A stretch of DNA of 64,000 nt, taken from the NCBI GenBank assembly GCA_030390025.1, contig CM059446.1, positions 41,850,001 to 41,914,000 on the forward strand, in the 5' to 3' direction. This stretch comes from Squalus acanthias (Eukaryota). The position numbers were made by a program, and so were the translations under genes. The notes below the pieces were generated by a model. It saw only the letters and a list, made by a program, of their open reading frames with translations. It did no database searches and was not told the origin of the DNA. Shown here in pieces: positions 1-13,287 of the stretch. Position 1 is the first letter of the stretch; each line of letters opens with the position of its first letter.

Positions 1-280
1 CCTGGTTTCACATTGCACAGGAGGACACAAGCAGAGATGTTGTTAGGAGGACCAGGCTGCGGTGGCGCAAACCTTTCAATGATCTCAGTAGATCACGAAA
101 TGTTACTGCAAAGCCACACTCAACCTCATCTTGCTGTGCGACTCATCACATCCCCATCACTCCACCTTCTCTACCCTACCCCTGCACATCCTTACTCACA
201 CCAACTTACCTTGCACCTCCACCCATCCCTCTCTATCTACATTATCACTTCCCCATCTCACTAGCCACCCCTCACACTCA

Positions 281-3200
281 AGATAGATGAATTGACGGCA
301 CAAATAGAAATAAATGGATATGATCAGATAGCCATTACAGAGACGTAGCTGCAAGGTGACCAAGGCTGGGAACTGAATATTCAGGGGTATTTGACATTTT
401 AGAAGGATAGGCAGAAAGGAAAAGGAGATGAGGTAACTCTGTTAATAAAGGATAAGATCAGTACAGTAGTGAGAAATGATCTTGGCTCGGAAGATCAAGA
501 TGTAGAATCAGTTTGGGTGAAGATAAGAAATAATAAGGGAAAGAAGTCACTGGTGGGAGTAGTCTATAGGCCTCTTAACAGTGGCTACACTGTGGGACAG
601 AGTATAAATCAAGAAATAATCGGGACTTGTAAGAAAGTTACTGCAATAATCGTGGGCGATTTTAATCTTCATATAGATTGGACAAATCAAATTGGCAAAG
701 GTAGCCTTGAAGACGAGTTCATAGAGTGTATTCAGAACAGTTTCTTAGAACAATACATTGTGGAACCACCCAGGGAACAGGCTATTTTAGATCTGGTAAT
801 GTGTAATGAGACAGGATTAATAATGATCTCATAGTAAAGGATCCTTGAGGGAAGAGTGATCATAACATGATAGAATTTCACATTCAGTTTGAGGGTGAGT
901 AACTTGGGTCTGAAACTAGTGTCTTAAACTTAAATAAAGGCAATTACAAGGGTATGAAGACAGAGTTGCCTAAAGTGGACTGGGAAAATAGATTAAAAGG
1001 TAAGATGGTAGATAAGCAGTAGCAGACTTTCAAGGAGATATTTCATAACTCTCAACAAAGATATATTCCAGTGAGAAAGAAAGACTCTATGAGAAGGATG
1101 AACTATCTATGGCTTACTAAGGAAGTTAAGGAGGGTATCAAATTGAAAGAAAAGGCATACAATGTTGCAAAGATGAGTGGTAGGCCAGAAGATTGGAAAT
1201 TTTTTAGAAACTTGCAAAGGATGACTAAAAAAAAATAAAGAGGGAGAAAATAGATTATGAGAGTAAACTAACAAGAAATATAAAAACAGACAGTAAGAGC
1301 TTCTACAAGTATATAAAAAGGAAGAGAGTAGCTAAAGTAAATGTTGGTCCCTTAGAGGATGAGACTGGGGAATTAATAATGGGAAACAAGGAAATGGCAG
1401 AGACTTTGAACAAATATTTTGTAGCTGTCTTCACGGTAGAAGACACTAAAAACATCCCAATAATAGTGGAAAATCAAGGGGCAAAAGGGAGGGAGGAACT
1501 TAAAACAATCACTATCACTAGAGAAAAAGTACTAGGCAAACTAATGGGACTAAAAGCTGACAAGTCCCCTGGACCTGATGGCCTGCATCCTCAGGTCTTA
1601 AAAGAAGTGGCCGCAGAGATAGTGGATGCATTGGTTGTAATCTACCAAAATTTCCTAGACTCTGGAAAGGTCCCAGTGGATTGGAAAACCGCAAATGTAA
1701 TGCCCATATTCAAGAAAGGAGGGAGACAGAAAGCAGGAAACTATAGGCCAGTTAGCCTAACATCTGTCATTGGGAAAATGCTGGAATCTATTATTAAGGA
1801 AGTAGTAGCAGGACATTTAGAAGATCATAACACAATCAAGCAGAGTCAACATGGTTTTATGAAAGGGAAATCGTGTTTGACAAATTTATTAGAGTTCTTT
1901 GAGGATGTAATGAGTAGGGTGGATAAAGGAGAACCAGTAGATGTAGTGTATTTGGATTTCCAAATGGCATTCGATAAGGTGCCACATAAAAGGTTACTGC
2001 ACAAGATAAGAGCTCATTGTGTTGGGGGTAATATATTAGCATGGATAGAGGATTGGCTAATTAACAGAAATCAGAGAGTCGGTATAAATGGGTCATTTTC
2101 AGGTTGGCAAACTGTAACTAGTAGGGTGCCACAGGGATCAGTGCTGGGGCCTCAACAATTTACAATCTATATTAATGACTTGGATGAAGGGACCAAGTAT
2201 ACTGTAGCCAAATTTGCTGACGATACAAAGATAGGTGAGAAAGCAAGTTGTGAGGAGGACACAAAGGGGGAAAAATTCAGTCGCGCCCCATTTGGGGCGC
2301 AAATATCGTCCGGGCGCAAAAATTAGCGCCTGGCGCTAATTATCGCCACTGACTGGAAACTTCACTTTTAACGCCCCGGGAGATGATTGGAGCGCTAAAT
2401 CAGGCGCTGCACACCTGTCTTAAGGTGCAAAGGCCGAGGAGTGAGGCGCTAACTCAGAGCGCTGGCGAAGCTCATGTAATGTCAGTCAGCAATGGAACAC
2501 ACACACAATGGCACGGGCCAGTTCTTAAAGGGGATGGTTAATCTTGCTTTCCATCCACATCCTGTTCATTGCAGCCTTGAATCTCGGCCTGGAGAGACTT
2601 GCACATCAAATGTGCTGGAAAGAACAATGGAGAGTACCAGGCAAAGAGCTCAGAGTGCAGCCCCCACAGTCTCTGCTAAATCGATACAAGGAATGGCAAA
2701 TCAAAATGAACCTGCAAAGTGCTGCTCAGTACCCAAAACTCCTTCACACAACGTTGAATCTCTCCAGAAGTCTCTCCCTCTCTCTCTCAGAATGCGTAGT
2801 TCAAAAATGGCACCAACAATAAAAGGCAGGAAGCGGTCACCTTTAAATAGCGCTCCCCCTTTCCCTTCATGACTGCAGAACGCTCCCCTCAACCTGTCGT
2901 TGCTAGCGTCAGGTGGTAAGGCAGGGGGCACCACTCAATATCCGCTCCGGGGCGATACCGGGGCGTTGCACACTCGACTGACGTCATGATCTGCCGGCAC
3001 AGGAGATCGTGGCGGTAGTGTTTAGCGCCGCCGCAAAATGTCTAGTTAATTTCGCGAGCGGCGCAAACTTCGCCGTGCCTGGGCGCTAGATGCTTTGCGC
3101 CCCATTAGCGCCCTCTTAAGGCGCTATCGGGAGGCGCAACCAATTGAATTTTTCCCCCAAAGAGTCTGCAAAGGGATATAGATAGGTTAAGTGAGTGGGC

Positions 3201-4037
3201 AAAAATTTGGCAGATGGATTATAATGTGGGAAAATGTAAGGTTATCCACTTTGGTAGGAAGAATAGAAAAGCAAAATATTATTTAAATGGAGAGTGGCTA
3301 CAGAATGCTGCGGTACAGAAGGATCTGGGTGTCCTCGTACATGAAACACAAAAAGTTAGCATGCAGGTACTGCAAGTAATTAGGAAGGCAAATGGAATGT
3401 TGGCCTTTATTGCAAGGGGGTTGGAGTATAAATGTAGGGATGTCTTGCTACAACTGTACAGGGCGTTGGTCAGACCACACCTAGAGTACTGTGTACAGTT
3501 TTGGTCTCCTTATTTAAGGAGGGATATACTTGAATTGGAGGCAGTTCAGAGAAGGTTCGCTAGGTTGATTCCTGGGATGAAGGAGTTGTCTTATGAGGAA
3601 AGGTTGAGCAGGTTGGGCCTATACTCATTGGAGTTTAGAAGAATGAGAGGTGATCTTATTGAAACATATAAGATTCTGAGGGGGCTTGACAGGGTAGGTG
3701 CTGAGAGGATGTTTCCCCTCATGGGGGAATCTAGAACTAGGGGGCATAGTTTCAGAATAAGGGGTTTCCCATTTAATACAGAGATGAGGAGGAATTTCTT
3801 CTCTCAAAGGGCCGTGAATCTTTGGAATTCTCTACCCCAGAGAGCTGTGGAGGCTGAGTCATTGAATATATTCAAGGCTGAGATAGACAGATTTTTGAAC
3901 TACAGGGGAGTCAAGGGGTATGGGGAATAGGCAGAAAAGTGGAGTTGAGTCCAAGATCAGATCAGCCCTGATCTTATTGAATGGCGGAGCAGGCTCGAGG
4001 GGCCGAATGGCCTAGTCCTGCTCCTATTTCTTATGTT
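281..4037 (+). mobile_element. CR1 LINE, 5'-truncated and disrupted ORF2 (APE endonuclease + RT)
   Basis: APE motifs (VGVVYRP, VGDFN, ILDLV) in ORF 469..834. RT motifs (KSPGPDG, NYRPVSLTS, YLDF..AFDKV, PQGSVLGP, KFADD) in 1379..2326 and 3214..3930. Stops and frameshifts present. 3' tail cctatttcttatgttct. Confidence 0.95.
2266..3158. mobile_element. GC-rich non-autonomous TIR element (probably PIF/Harbinger-type) inserted in CR1
   Basis: TIR gggggaaaaattca / tgaatttttccccc and 3-bp aaa duplication. Removing it restores the CR1 frame (CEEDTK|SLQRDIDRL). Confidence 0.88.
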
Positions 4038-5112
4038 CTCACCCTCATCCTACTGCAAGCATACCAACTAACAGCATACAAGGGTAGGCACTTGGGTGTT
4101 TTAGCGAATGTTCATGTGATGTTTCTGGTAATGTGCTGTCAAACATTGAAATCTTTATTTTCAACACTTTGCGTTCTTGGACAGATTTCTGTGCACCTTT
4201 GGAAGTGGCTTAGTGAGTTGCAGTGAATGGTGAGACATAAGGGTACCCCCACAATGGTGATGAGTGTGAAAGGAATGGCTTGGGCATTGTAGGGATGCTG
4301 AATGGTGTTGGTGTGGGGTGGTGCCAACCTGGCGCATCATGTGGCAGCCAGGGTGTACAGCGTCAAGTGAAGTAAATCTGGCCATGGTGAGGCCATCCCT
4401 GGCGTCCCGAGCAGCAATGTGGTCGGGTGTTGATGCAATGTGTCCTGTGCAGCATCAGTTGATTGCAGAGAAGGTTGGTGTTGTTGTTGTTGCTGCTGGT
4501 GATGCTGGTGTTGGGGCTGATCGTGGTGGGATTCTGAGGATCAAGGTGAGATATTTTCAAGGGTGCTGATGGAATAGATGGCAGGTGAGGTTGAGATGAC
4601 AGAAACGATCTGTCAATGGTGAGAAAGGTTGTTCCAATGAGTGGCACTGGATAGAGAGTTGGCTGCAAACACTTGAAAGCTGTAGAAAGCTCAATATGTC
4701 TTCCAAATGCAGTAACCAACAGTTTCTGAGCTTTGAAAGTGAACAGCTGTAACTTGGGATCTTTTATACAACTTTGGCAGCTGTCAGGTCATGAGATAAT
4801 TCGATGCTGAATCCACTCATGACATGCTGAGCTGATGTGTTCCCCGAGCAGCATGTAACCCATGGGGGAGCAAGTAAAATTGAAAGGTAGGCAGAAAATA
4901 ATACTTAATTGGCTGTTAACAATGCATTTAATGATGTCAACTGCCTCCTCCGCCACTTGGTGTCGGGTCTGTTCAGCGCTGACAGACCCGACACCTGGGA
5001 GACTCGCGTGGAGGCGGGTTGACAGCGGGGTCCCGACCCGCTGTCAATCATTTCTATTTTCACAGCTGACCCGCCTCCGATCCCATCCTCTCGGCGCCAG
5101 TAAAATTCCGGC

Positions 5113-5183
5113 CGTTAACTCTGTTTCTCTCTCCACAGATGCTGCCTGACCTGCTGAGTATTTCCAGCATTTTCTGTTTTTAT
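5113..5183 (+). mobile_element. PLE family B pLTR fragment
   Basis: gttaactctgtttctctctccacagatgctgcctgacctgctgag matches 7801-7850. Confidence 0.75.
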
Positions 5184-5719
5184 ACACAGAAAGCATGTTC
5201 GAACTATATTCCTGGTGTGTGATACACATGTTGCTGCATCAATGCACTTACATCTCCCATGTGTGACTCACACACAGAATAATAAGGTTACACTCATTAA
5301 AAAGTATATACTTTCCCTGTTAACATTACACACGTTTTCTCTGCATCAGTGTTTATTTAAAGTAGCTTTTAGACTTCTACAAAAATTATTTTAATTCCTC
5401 CAATAAAACACATTGAGAGTTACCCATCTACAGTAAATCAGGGAACATTTTGTTTTCCAGACAGGTATTCCCGATTGAAGTCAATAACCATGACTCTGAA
5501 GACCATTAGATGTGATTTACATGCTACTGAGATCTAGATTATATTGCTTGCCCACTGCTGCACATTTTGATTTAACAGAAACAGAGGCACTGACTGTAAA
5601 TCTATTTAATGATGGGGAATTCAGTATATGGTCGGCAATACACACCATATAAAACTGCCTATCTCCAAAAGAGAGCAAGTCACTTCAAACTCACTTTTTA
5701 AATTTGCAATTAATCGAGT

Positions 5720-6128
5720 AAAACATCCCAAGGCGCTTCAGAGGGGCGTTATCAAACAAAATTTGATATCGAGCCACATAAGGAGATATTAGGGCAGGTG
5801 ACCAAAAGCTTGGTCAAAGAGGTAGGTTTTGAGGAGCGTCTTAAAAGATAGAGGGGCGGAGAGGTTTAGGGAGGGAGTTCCAGAGCTTAGGGCCCAGGCA
5901 GCTGAAGGCACGGCCGCCAACGGTGGAGCGATGAAAATCCAGGATGCGCAAGAGGCCAGAATTAGAGGAGTGCAGAGAACTCAGAGGGTGGTAAGGCTGG
6001 AGGTGGTTACAGAGATAGGGAGGGATTTGAAAACAAGGATGAGGATTTTTAAATCAAGGCATTGCCAGTCCAGGAGCCAATGTAGACCAGCGAGCGCAAA
6101 GGTGATGGGTGAACTGGACTTGGTGCGC
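5720..6128 (-). mobile_element. L2 LINE 3' fragment
   Basis: Reverse complement of ~58040-58480. Confidence 0.85.
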
Positions 6129-6479
6129 ATGAGATCATGGCTGATCGCTGAAGCCAACTCCATATCCCCGCCTTTGCCCCATATCCCTTAATACCTTTGG
6201 TATATACCCTAATACCTCTGCTCGAATTAAAGGTGTAGTTTACCATCTGCACCAGCAGTTAGTCGCATGTACACACATTCTTAAAATAGTTTACGGTGAT
6301 GACCATAGTGTTTATGCCATGAATGTGGACCTGTGATCATGGCACTATCACATCCTGTAGGGACACTAGAAATACTGTGGCAATACAAAAGCCTTTCAGC
6401 AGCATTATATTCTCACTTTGCGTTTGTCATCATTAAGTGATTTTCAATAGCCAATAAATATTATTTTTAAAATTAGAAT

Positions 6480-7230
6480 AATGGCCCGTATTTTCCGATC
6501 CCTACGGGTGTGTACGAGCTGTGTACACACCCGTAGGGGCCTCGCAAGTGCCGGTTTCAGGCATGCGAAGTGCATGCGCTGAAAACCGGCACTTCCGATC
6601 TGTCAAGAATCCTCTTGACAGATTGCACGCCTGCCCTGGAGAAGGGCCTCTGCGGGGGGGAGAGTTCCGCTTTCTGCAGAACCTCCGCCCGTTGAAATCC
6701 CTTAAAAATCTTACACCTGGTAAGATAAGGCCTGCTTTTACCAGCATAAGAGTTTAAAAAAAGTTTTTTTTTTATTTTCACTCATTTATAATTTAAAAAT
6801 ACTTTCAAAAAAGGTAAGTTTATTTTTAGCCCTGTAAAAAACTAATTTTTTTTTCAAAAAATTAAATTTTTGTTTAAAATATTTAATTTAATGTAATTTT
6901 AACTCATTTTAACAACGTCTTTTTTTTAAATTTATTTAATGTTTTGATGTCTTTTCAGTGATCCCCAATCATACTTTTGACAGGTCTAAGCTGTCAGAAG
7001 TATGAAGGGAGATTCCCTTCTCCCATTGGTTCCCCATGGCCCACGTGATCCCAGGGACGCTTGCGAACCGCCTGCACCCCTGGGATACGTGGGTCCTGCA
7101 CATTTCATCGTGGAGAGGCCCAGGAGCGGAAATATCCGGACCTCCGGAGCCCTCAGGTAAGGGCGTAGATTTTTTCCAGATCGGAGGCCTCCGCACGCAG
7201 GAAGCCTCCGATCGGAAAATACGGGCCATT
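6480..7230. mobile_element. MITE with perfect terminal inverted repeat and AT-rich core
   Basis: aatggcccgtattttccgatc / gatcggaaaatacgggccatt. Confidence 0.82.
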
Positions 7231-7309
7231 CTCTTTTACTCACCAAAAATTGTACGATGTTTCCAATACTCTAGTTCTTCCAAAGGCGAGGAACCATAAT
7301 GCACAATTT

Positions 7310-7655
7310 TATATTTGTTCTCAGGATGCGAGTGATTTTGGCAAGGCTGCACTTATTGCCCATCCCTAGTGAAAGTAGTGATTGTTGAACTGAGTGCGCG
7401 AGGCCACTTCCGGGCATTAAGAATCAGTCACATAAAGGGGGACTGGAATCACATGTAGGCCAGACCGGGTAGGGGCGGCAGATTCCCTTCCCTGAAGGAC
7501 ATTAGTGAACCAGTTGGGTTTTTACAACAAGCTTTCATGGCCATTTTCTGGTGCTAACCCACAAATTACCAGATTTATTGAATTTAATTTTACAACTTGC
7601 CACGCTGGGATTTGGGCTGACAACCTCCAGGTTACTAATCCAGTACAATACACCA
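7310..7655 (-). mobile_element. tRNA-derived SINE sharing the 3' tail of the 60585 LINE family
   Basis: Homologous to 49457-49800; tail gggatgggcaataag..ccttgcc. Confidence 0.6.
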
Positions 7656-7677
7656 GCCTGTGCAGTGCAGCCTGTAA

Positions 7678-7910
7678 TAAAAACAGAAAATGCTGGAGAT
7701 ACTCAGCCGGTCAGGCAGCATCTGCGGAGAGAGAAACAGAGTTAACGTTTCAGGTCGATGACCCTTCGTCAGAACAGGCGAAGGGTCATCGACCTGAAAC
7801 GTTAACTCTGTTTCTCTCTCCACAGATGCTGCCTGACCCTGCTGAGTATTTCCAGTAATCATCTGTTTTTATTTCAGATTTCCAGCATCCGCAGTATTTT
7901 GCTTTTGTAT
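7678..7910 (+). mobile_element. 233-bp fold-back PLE pLTR insertion (family B)
   Basis: TSD cagtgcagcctgtaa at 7663-7677 and 7911-7925. About 95-bp inverted arms around 7775, plus an unpaired 3' tail. Confidence 0.88.
7741..7775 (-). ncRNA. Minimal hammerhead ribozyme motif (family B)
   Basis: Minus strand: GUU-CUGACGA-A-GGGUC(AUC)GACCU-GAAA-CGUU-AAC. Confidence 0.8.
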
Positions 7911-8156
7911 CAGTGCAGCCTGTAACCTTGATCGCCATGGGAAAAATGACAGTATCCCTGCAACAGTTGCAATAGTGTGATTACTGGTGAGTGAAGTATT
8001 TTTCATTCTAGTTTTTGGAACAACATTCATGCATGATGGAGCATTTAGAATCCCCAGTGTATTTCCTGAAAACAATTGAAATATAACACTCTGGATATTG
8101 TGTAAAATGTCTCTCGAGAATCGCTAAAAATGTCAGAAGCAACTAAAAACTATATT

Positions 8157-8986
8157 GGCGGGGATTTTGGTGCTCGCCGTTCATTATGCTTACAGCTGCC
8201 CGCAGGCTTATTGTGGGCTTTTGCGTGGCAACGTACGGGTCATCAGGAGTCCAATACAGCGCAGTGCCCTCTACATGGGGATCTGCGTACTCTCGCGTAT
8301 TCCCACTCCAATTGCCGGTTTTCTGCATGCCCTGCGCATGCGCTGAAAACCGGCAATTGCTCTTCCGAAAAGGGGGCGGGGCCTGGGTGCATCGCGTGCG
8401 CGCTACAGGCTGCGCGCACGCTGTGCACTTCATGCTTTGGACGCGCAGGTAAGTAGGGAAGATTTTGGAAATGTAAAAAGGAGGAGTAAGACCCGCTTTT
8501 AAGAAGGTAAGTAGTGAATTAAGTATTTTTTTGAATTTTTTTTTACAGGTATATCTTTTTTATAGACTTTAAAGACAGGTAAGTTTATTTTTATAACTTT
8601 TTAAAAGATAAATTTTTTCAAAAATTTAATTTTTTATTTAAAATGGTTAATTTAATTAACTATACTTATTTTATTAATGTGATGGTTTTTTTTTTAATTT
8701 AATTGAGGTTTAGCTGTTATTTTGGGGGGGTGTAAGATTCATAAGTCTCACAGCTATGCTGTGAGACTTATGAATGGAAGATGGTGTGCTGCCATTGGCT
8801 CTAACTGAGTCACGTGATCCCACAGCTCGCACGAATTAACTACGCCGCTGGGATACGCAAGCCCAGCACAGCTGATGTCTGGAACATCAAGTTCGTGCGA
8901 GCTGGATCAGAAAAAGCATAAGCGAGGTGAGACATCGCGGGGAAGGCTTACCCCCGCGGGAACAGAGCGAGATCAATTTCTGGGCC
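8157..8986. mobile_element. MITE related to 6480-7230
   Basis: Shares the ccggtttt..catgcgctgaaaaccggca hairpin, the AT-rich core and the cacgtgatccc..tgggatacg motif. Confidence 0.65.
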
Positions 8987-9036
8987 AGTGTGTCTCTTCA
9001 ACCAGTCAGATTGAAGAATCCTTACTGAGACACGCA

Positions 9037-9573
9037 GGGGGGGAATGTTAACCCCCAGAAACGGGTGGGTTTGGGTCTGGTGAGATGTGAAAATTTTAAA
9101 AACCTCAAATCCGACTCTAGCCTGCCTACTTCCGGTTTTTCCAGAGGCCGGACAAGGGACAGGCAACCAACCCACTCTAAGGAGGAGGGTTGAACATTTA
9201 AATATTATAATGAGGCTGCGTGCCTCAGATTTCATCTTCATTTTAGGTTTAACCCTGACCGGCCGGGTTTCCTGGCAGCTAAAGGGAGGCGAGGACTGCG
9301 GCGTGGAGGAGGTAAGTGCCATTCCAGCACTTCTTGTGGGCCAGGAGGAGCAGGAGTGCTTCCCCCCAAGCTAACCTGCTTCGCCCCCCTCCAGGATCGG
9401 TGTACCCCCCTCCAGGATCGCAGACCACCACCCCCACCCCACTTCCAGGAAGGCTGGCTTCTGGGCAGGGAACATGCTGGAGAAAACTCCACCGCGTGCA
9501 GGGAAACCCGGACTTCCGTGGTTGTGGTTTCCTGACCACAACTTCCACCCCACCCACTCCGGAATCCTGCCCC
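9037..9573 (+). mobile_element. Non-autonomous TIR element (family also at 19690-20011 minus and 38358-39695)
   Basis: Shared ~290-bp 5' region (aaacgggtgggttt..acttccggtttt..tttaaatattataatgaggctg..ggaggtaa). Confidence 0.7.
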
Positions 9574-10001
9574 AGTCAAGATCCAGGCTGCAGAGTCCAA
9601 ACCAGGATGTGTAATTTAGAATATTTATTTCAATGTAAAATCATGTACAGAAAGCAAAATAAAGAGAGGGAAAAAAAGATGGGATTGAGAAAGAGACAAA
9701 AAGAAAAAGTTAAAAAAAAGTTTTTATTTTAATTTTTAATGCTTTTAAAATCTCCAACAATAATTAAAATCTGAAGGAATGAGACTCCACACTTGTAAAA
9801 GTAAATTTTTCAGTGCCAGATAAGTTGTTTGGTAGTAATTAAGACAATCACACTGTTAAAAATTAATTTACACTTGAATTGACAAGCCTTAACTTTTTCT
9901 GGCGTGTTTAGTGGGTAAGTATCTCAACTTCATGCCCTTTCATGTGTTTGAATGCTGAGTCTCTTGGTGAGGTACCAGTGTTGTGAAACTTCTGGAGGAG
10001 T

Positions 10002-10320
10002 AGGGCAACATGGTGGCATAGTGGTTAGCACTGTTGCCTCACAGCGCCAGGGACCCGGGTTCGAGTCCGGCCTCGGGTGACTGTCTGTGTGGAGTTTGCA
10101 CATTCTGCCCGTGTCTGCGTGGGTTTCCTCCGGGTGCTCCGGTTTTCTCCCACAGTCCAAAGATGTGCGGGTTAGGTTGATTTGGCTATGATAAATTGAC
10201 CCTTAGTGTTAGGGGGATTAAATACGGGGGTTACGGGGATAGAGTGGGATATGTGTCGGTGCAGGCTCGATGGGCCGAAATGGCCTCTATCTGCACTGTG
10301 GGGATTCTGTGATTCTGTGA
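10002..10320 (+). mobile_element. HE1-type V-SINE
   Basis: tRNA-like head (tagtggttagc; ggttcgagtcc), V-domain (gtgtggagtttgc..gggtttcctccgggtgctccggtt..cccacagtccaaaga) and CR1-like tail with (ttctgtga)n. Confidence 0.88.
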
Positions 10321-10659
10321 AATCGGACAGCAACTTCCCGATTTCCGTGTTTAACTGTGCATCTGTGGACACCAGAAGTTGCTGTCCGATTTACTCCTTA
10401 TTAACGGTGAGTGCTGATAACCTCACCATTATTCCTACCACAAAATCTAGGCTATTGATTACTTACAGTAAGCCTCCAAACGGGTAATAATTTGTGAAAT
10501 ACACAAAACACATTCCCAGTGTTCCTTTCCCTCCTGAAGACAGACTCCTCCTGGAGTAAATTCCACCTCTGCCACCATGCCCAAATAATAATTTGTTTTA
10601 ATACGATATTACCATAGGAATAGGGGTCCACATTCATTATATGTAAATGAGGGAAAATT

Positions 10660-10945
10660 GAACTTGCATTTGTATAGCACCTTTCACGACCTCATGCTGT
10701 CCCAGAGCGCTTCACAGCCAATGAAGTATTTTTGAAGAGTGGTCAGTGTTGTAATGTAGGAAACATGGCAGTCATATTTGTGCACAGCAAGGTCCCACAA
10801 ACAGCAATGAGGTAATGACCAGATAATCTGTTTTAGTGCTGATGGTTGAGGGATAAGAATTGGCCAGGACACCAGGGAGAACTCCCCTGCTCTTCTTCGA
10901 AATAGTGCCGTGGAATCTTTTACGTTAAGCTGAAAGGGCAGACAT
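10660..10945 (-). mobile_element. DeuSINE 3' part
   Basis: Matches 59245-59530. Confidence 0.78.
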
Positions 10946-12094
10946 GACATGATTGAGCTTTCCTGACATGATTGAGCTTGGCTGTGATTTCCTTCTACGG
11001 AATAATAGCCAGCCAACACTCAAATGCCGATGCACGCACACATGCACTTTCCAGCAGGCGTTAGTGGATAATAATGGGGTGTGAAAATTCTGCCTGTTTC
11101 CCACACGGAATTGAACCTTCCTGAAATATGTGACTCAGATCCAGACCACACTGTATATCTACTAACTGAGTACACATTAGCTTTCCCAATTGTGACTTTC
11201 ACTTCTTCTGGTAGCTTTCCATCTACTGTTAACAAATTGCTGAGATTGGCAAAATCTACGTTTTCAATAGAAGCACTTCCCAGGCCAATGCTTAGCTATT
11301 TGCCTGTCTGTGTCTCATCATTATTTGGAAGTCAATACTTCAGACTTAGTCACTTGTCCTGACTCTTCCAGTGCAGTTTTATCATCAGGTGGGCTATATT
11401 GTGGATAAAGGTATCTAGAGCACCATCAGGATACTGCTGTTTCCCAATTTTGTCTAATGGGAGAAAGCTGTTCGTTATTGTAGCCCAGTACCTGCTCTAA
11501 AGTGTTACTTATTCTACTGCCAGTTTCCTAAAACAATCTAGAGGCAGAGGTTAAGCTGATTTATGCCATGCATTTGGATATTGGAAAATTACTATCCCTC
11601 AGAATTTTTTTACAGTTATTTACAATGGCGGTCAATAAATTAAAAAATATTATTGCTTTATGAGCATTTACTTTGAAGCAATAGTGAGATTAATGGAGGT
11701 CTCATTATAGAAAGAAAATCACTGTGTTTCAATTGTCACTGAATACGCTTGGAGAACATATTTCATCCGTGTCCCAATATATTGAATACGAAGCAGAAAG
11801 TGTTGCTTCTGACAGGAAGATGCTTCACATGAAATTGCAAAGGATTTCAGTAAGATGATTCAAAGGAAGGACTCCAGAGGTAATAATGCAAAAGGTTCAG
11901 GGAAAAAAAGTCAAACCTACAAGTAGTATTCCCAGTTCCTTACACAAGAGTTCCAATCATTGTGTGTAACTAGCTAATGTGATGAAAAAAGACATGGGAG
12001 TAATTTTGACTTTGGTGCTAGTGTAAAACGGGCAATATTGATTCAGCCGCCCATTATACACCTCTCCCAATTTTTATTTCTATTGACTTTACCG

Positions 12095-12470
12095 GAATGG
12101 TACCAGGGATGAGGGACTTCAGTTATGTGGAGAGACTAGAGGAGCTGGGATTGTTCTCCTTACAGCAGAGAAGGTTAAGGGGATATTTAATAGAGGTGTT
12201 CAAAATTATGAAGGGCTTCGATAAAGTAAATAAGGATAAACTGTTTCCACTGGCAGGAGGGTTGGTAATCAGAGGACGCTGATATAAGATAATTGGCAAA
12301 AGAACCAGAGGGCAGATGAGGAGAACTTTTTTAATGCTGTTGTTATGATCTGGAATGCACTGCCTGAAAGGGCGGTGGAAGCAGATTCAATGGTAACTTT
12401 CAAAAGGGAATTGGATAAATACTTGAAAAGGAAATATTTGCAGGGCTATGAGGAAAGAGTTCTATGATTC
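12095..12470 (+). mobile_element. CR1 3' fragment
   Basis: PGMRDFSYVERL..LGLFSL..RRLRG. Confidence 0.85.
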
Positions 12471-12499
12471 AATGTAAATGAAAATCGGGAGAGATGTAT

Positions 12500-12892
12500 A
12501 AACATAGAAACATAGAAGATAAGAGCAGGAGTAGGCCTTTCGGCCCCTCGAGCCTGCTCCGCCATTCAATGCGATCATGGCTGATCATCCAAACTCAGTA
12601 CCCTGTACCTGCCTTCTCCCCATATCCCTTGATACCTTTAGCTTTAAGAAATATATCTAACTCATTCTTGAATATATTTAATGACTTGGCCTCAACTACC
12701 TTCTGTGGTAGAGAATTCCACAGGTTCACCACTCTCTGGGTGAAGAAATTCTTCCTCATTTCTGTCCTAAATGGCTTACCCCTTATCCTTAGATTATGAC
12801 CCCTGGTTCTGGACTCTCCGACCATCGGGAACATTCTTCCTGCATCTAGTTTGTCCAGACCTGTCAGAATTTTATATGTTTCGATGAGATCC
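12500..12892 (-). mobile_element. CR1 3' fragment
   Basis: ESRTRGH..RKNFFTQRVVNLWNSLP with tandem tail. Confidence 0.85.
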
Positions 12893-13287
12893 CCTCGGGC
12901 GGCTGAATTGCTATTGCCCGTTTTACACTATTGCTCAAAGTCCAAATTACCCCCATATTGTGGAGCTAGAAACGGAGATCACGGCTGCGATTTTACAACC
13001 TCGGCGGGTCCGTGGTGGGCGACGTTGGTGGCAGGTCCTGACCCCGCTGCTGTCTCCATCCCAGCCTCTAAAATGAATTTCCCGAGATTGGGCTTGTTAA
13101 GCCCGCCCAGCGCGTTTCCCAGCCAATTAGAGGAAGCAGCCCTGGCGTCCCGGGCAACAACGTGCTCGGGTGCTGATGCCCTGTGTCCTGTGCAGCATCA
13201 GGTGATTGCAAAGAAGGCTGGTGATGTCATTTGATGACTCGTCATCAGCCGGTTTCCTTAAAGGGACCATGGCCAACTTTCTTTTGA

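Larger units (their letters stand above)
1..5113 (+). mobile_element. Harbinger-like non-autonomous element (copy 1), interrupted by CR1 at 281-4037
   Basis: 1-280 and 4038-5045 are colinear with 18119-19382. End gtaaaattccggcc resembles the inverse of ggctgcgattttac at 12983. Confidence 0.7.
11997..12955. mobile_element. Short palindromic MITE split by two CR1 fragments (arms 11997-12092 and 12896-12955)
   Basis: agtgtaaaacgggcaat..ttcagccgccc is inverted at 12897-12935. Relatives at ~21316-21470, ~25981-26100 and ~37905-38070. Confidence 0.65.

Noticed and set aside
2492-2872. ORF inside the GC-rich element
   Set aside because: The second copy has a stop (TAG at ~48240) in the same frame, and there is no recognisable domain.
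7778-7806. Additional hammerhead on the plus arm
   Set aside because: The CUGA box is missing at the inversion junction.
10005-10075. tRNA gene (also at the DeuSINE heads)
   Set aside because: The A/B boxes are SINE heads followed by SINE body; no complete cloverleaf.
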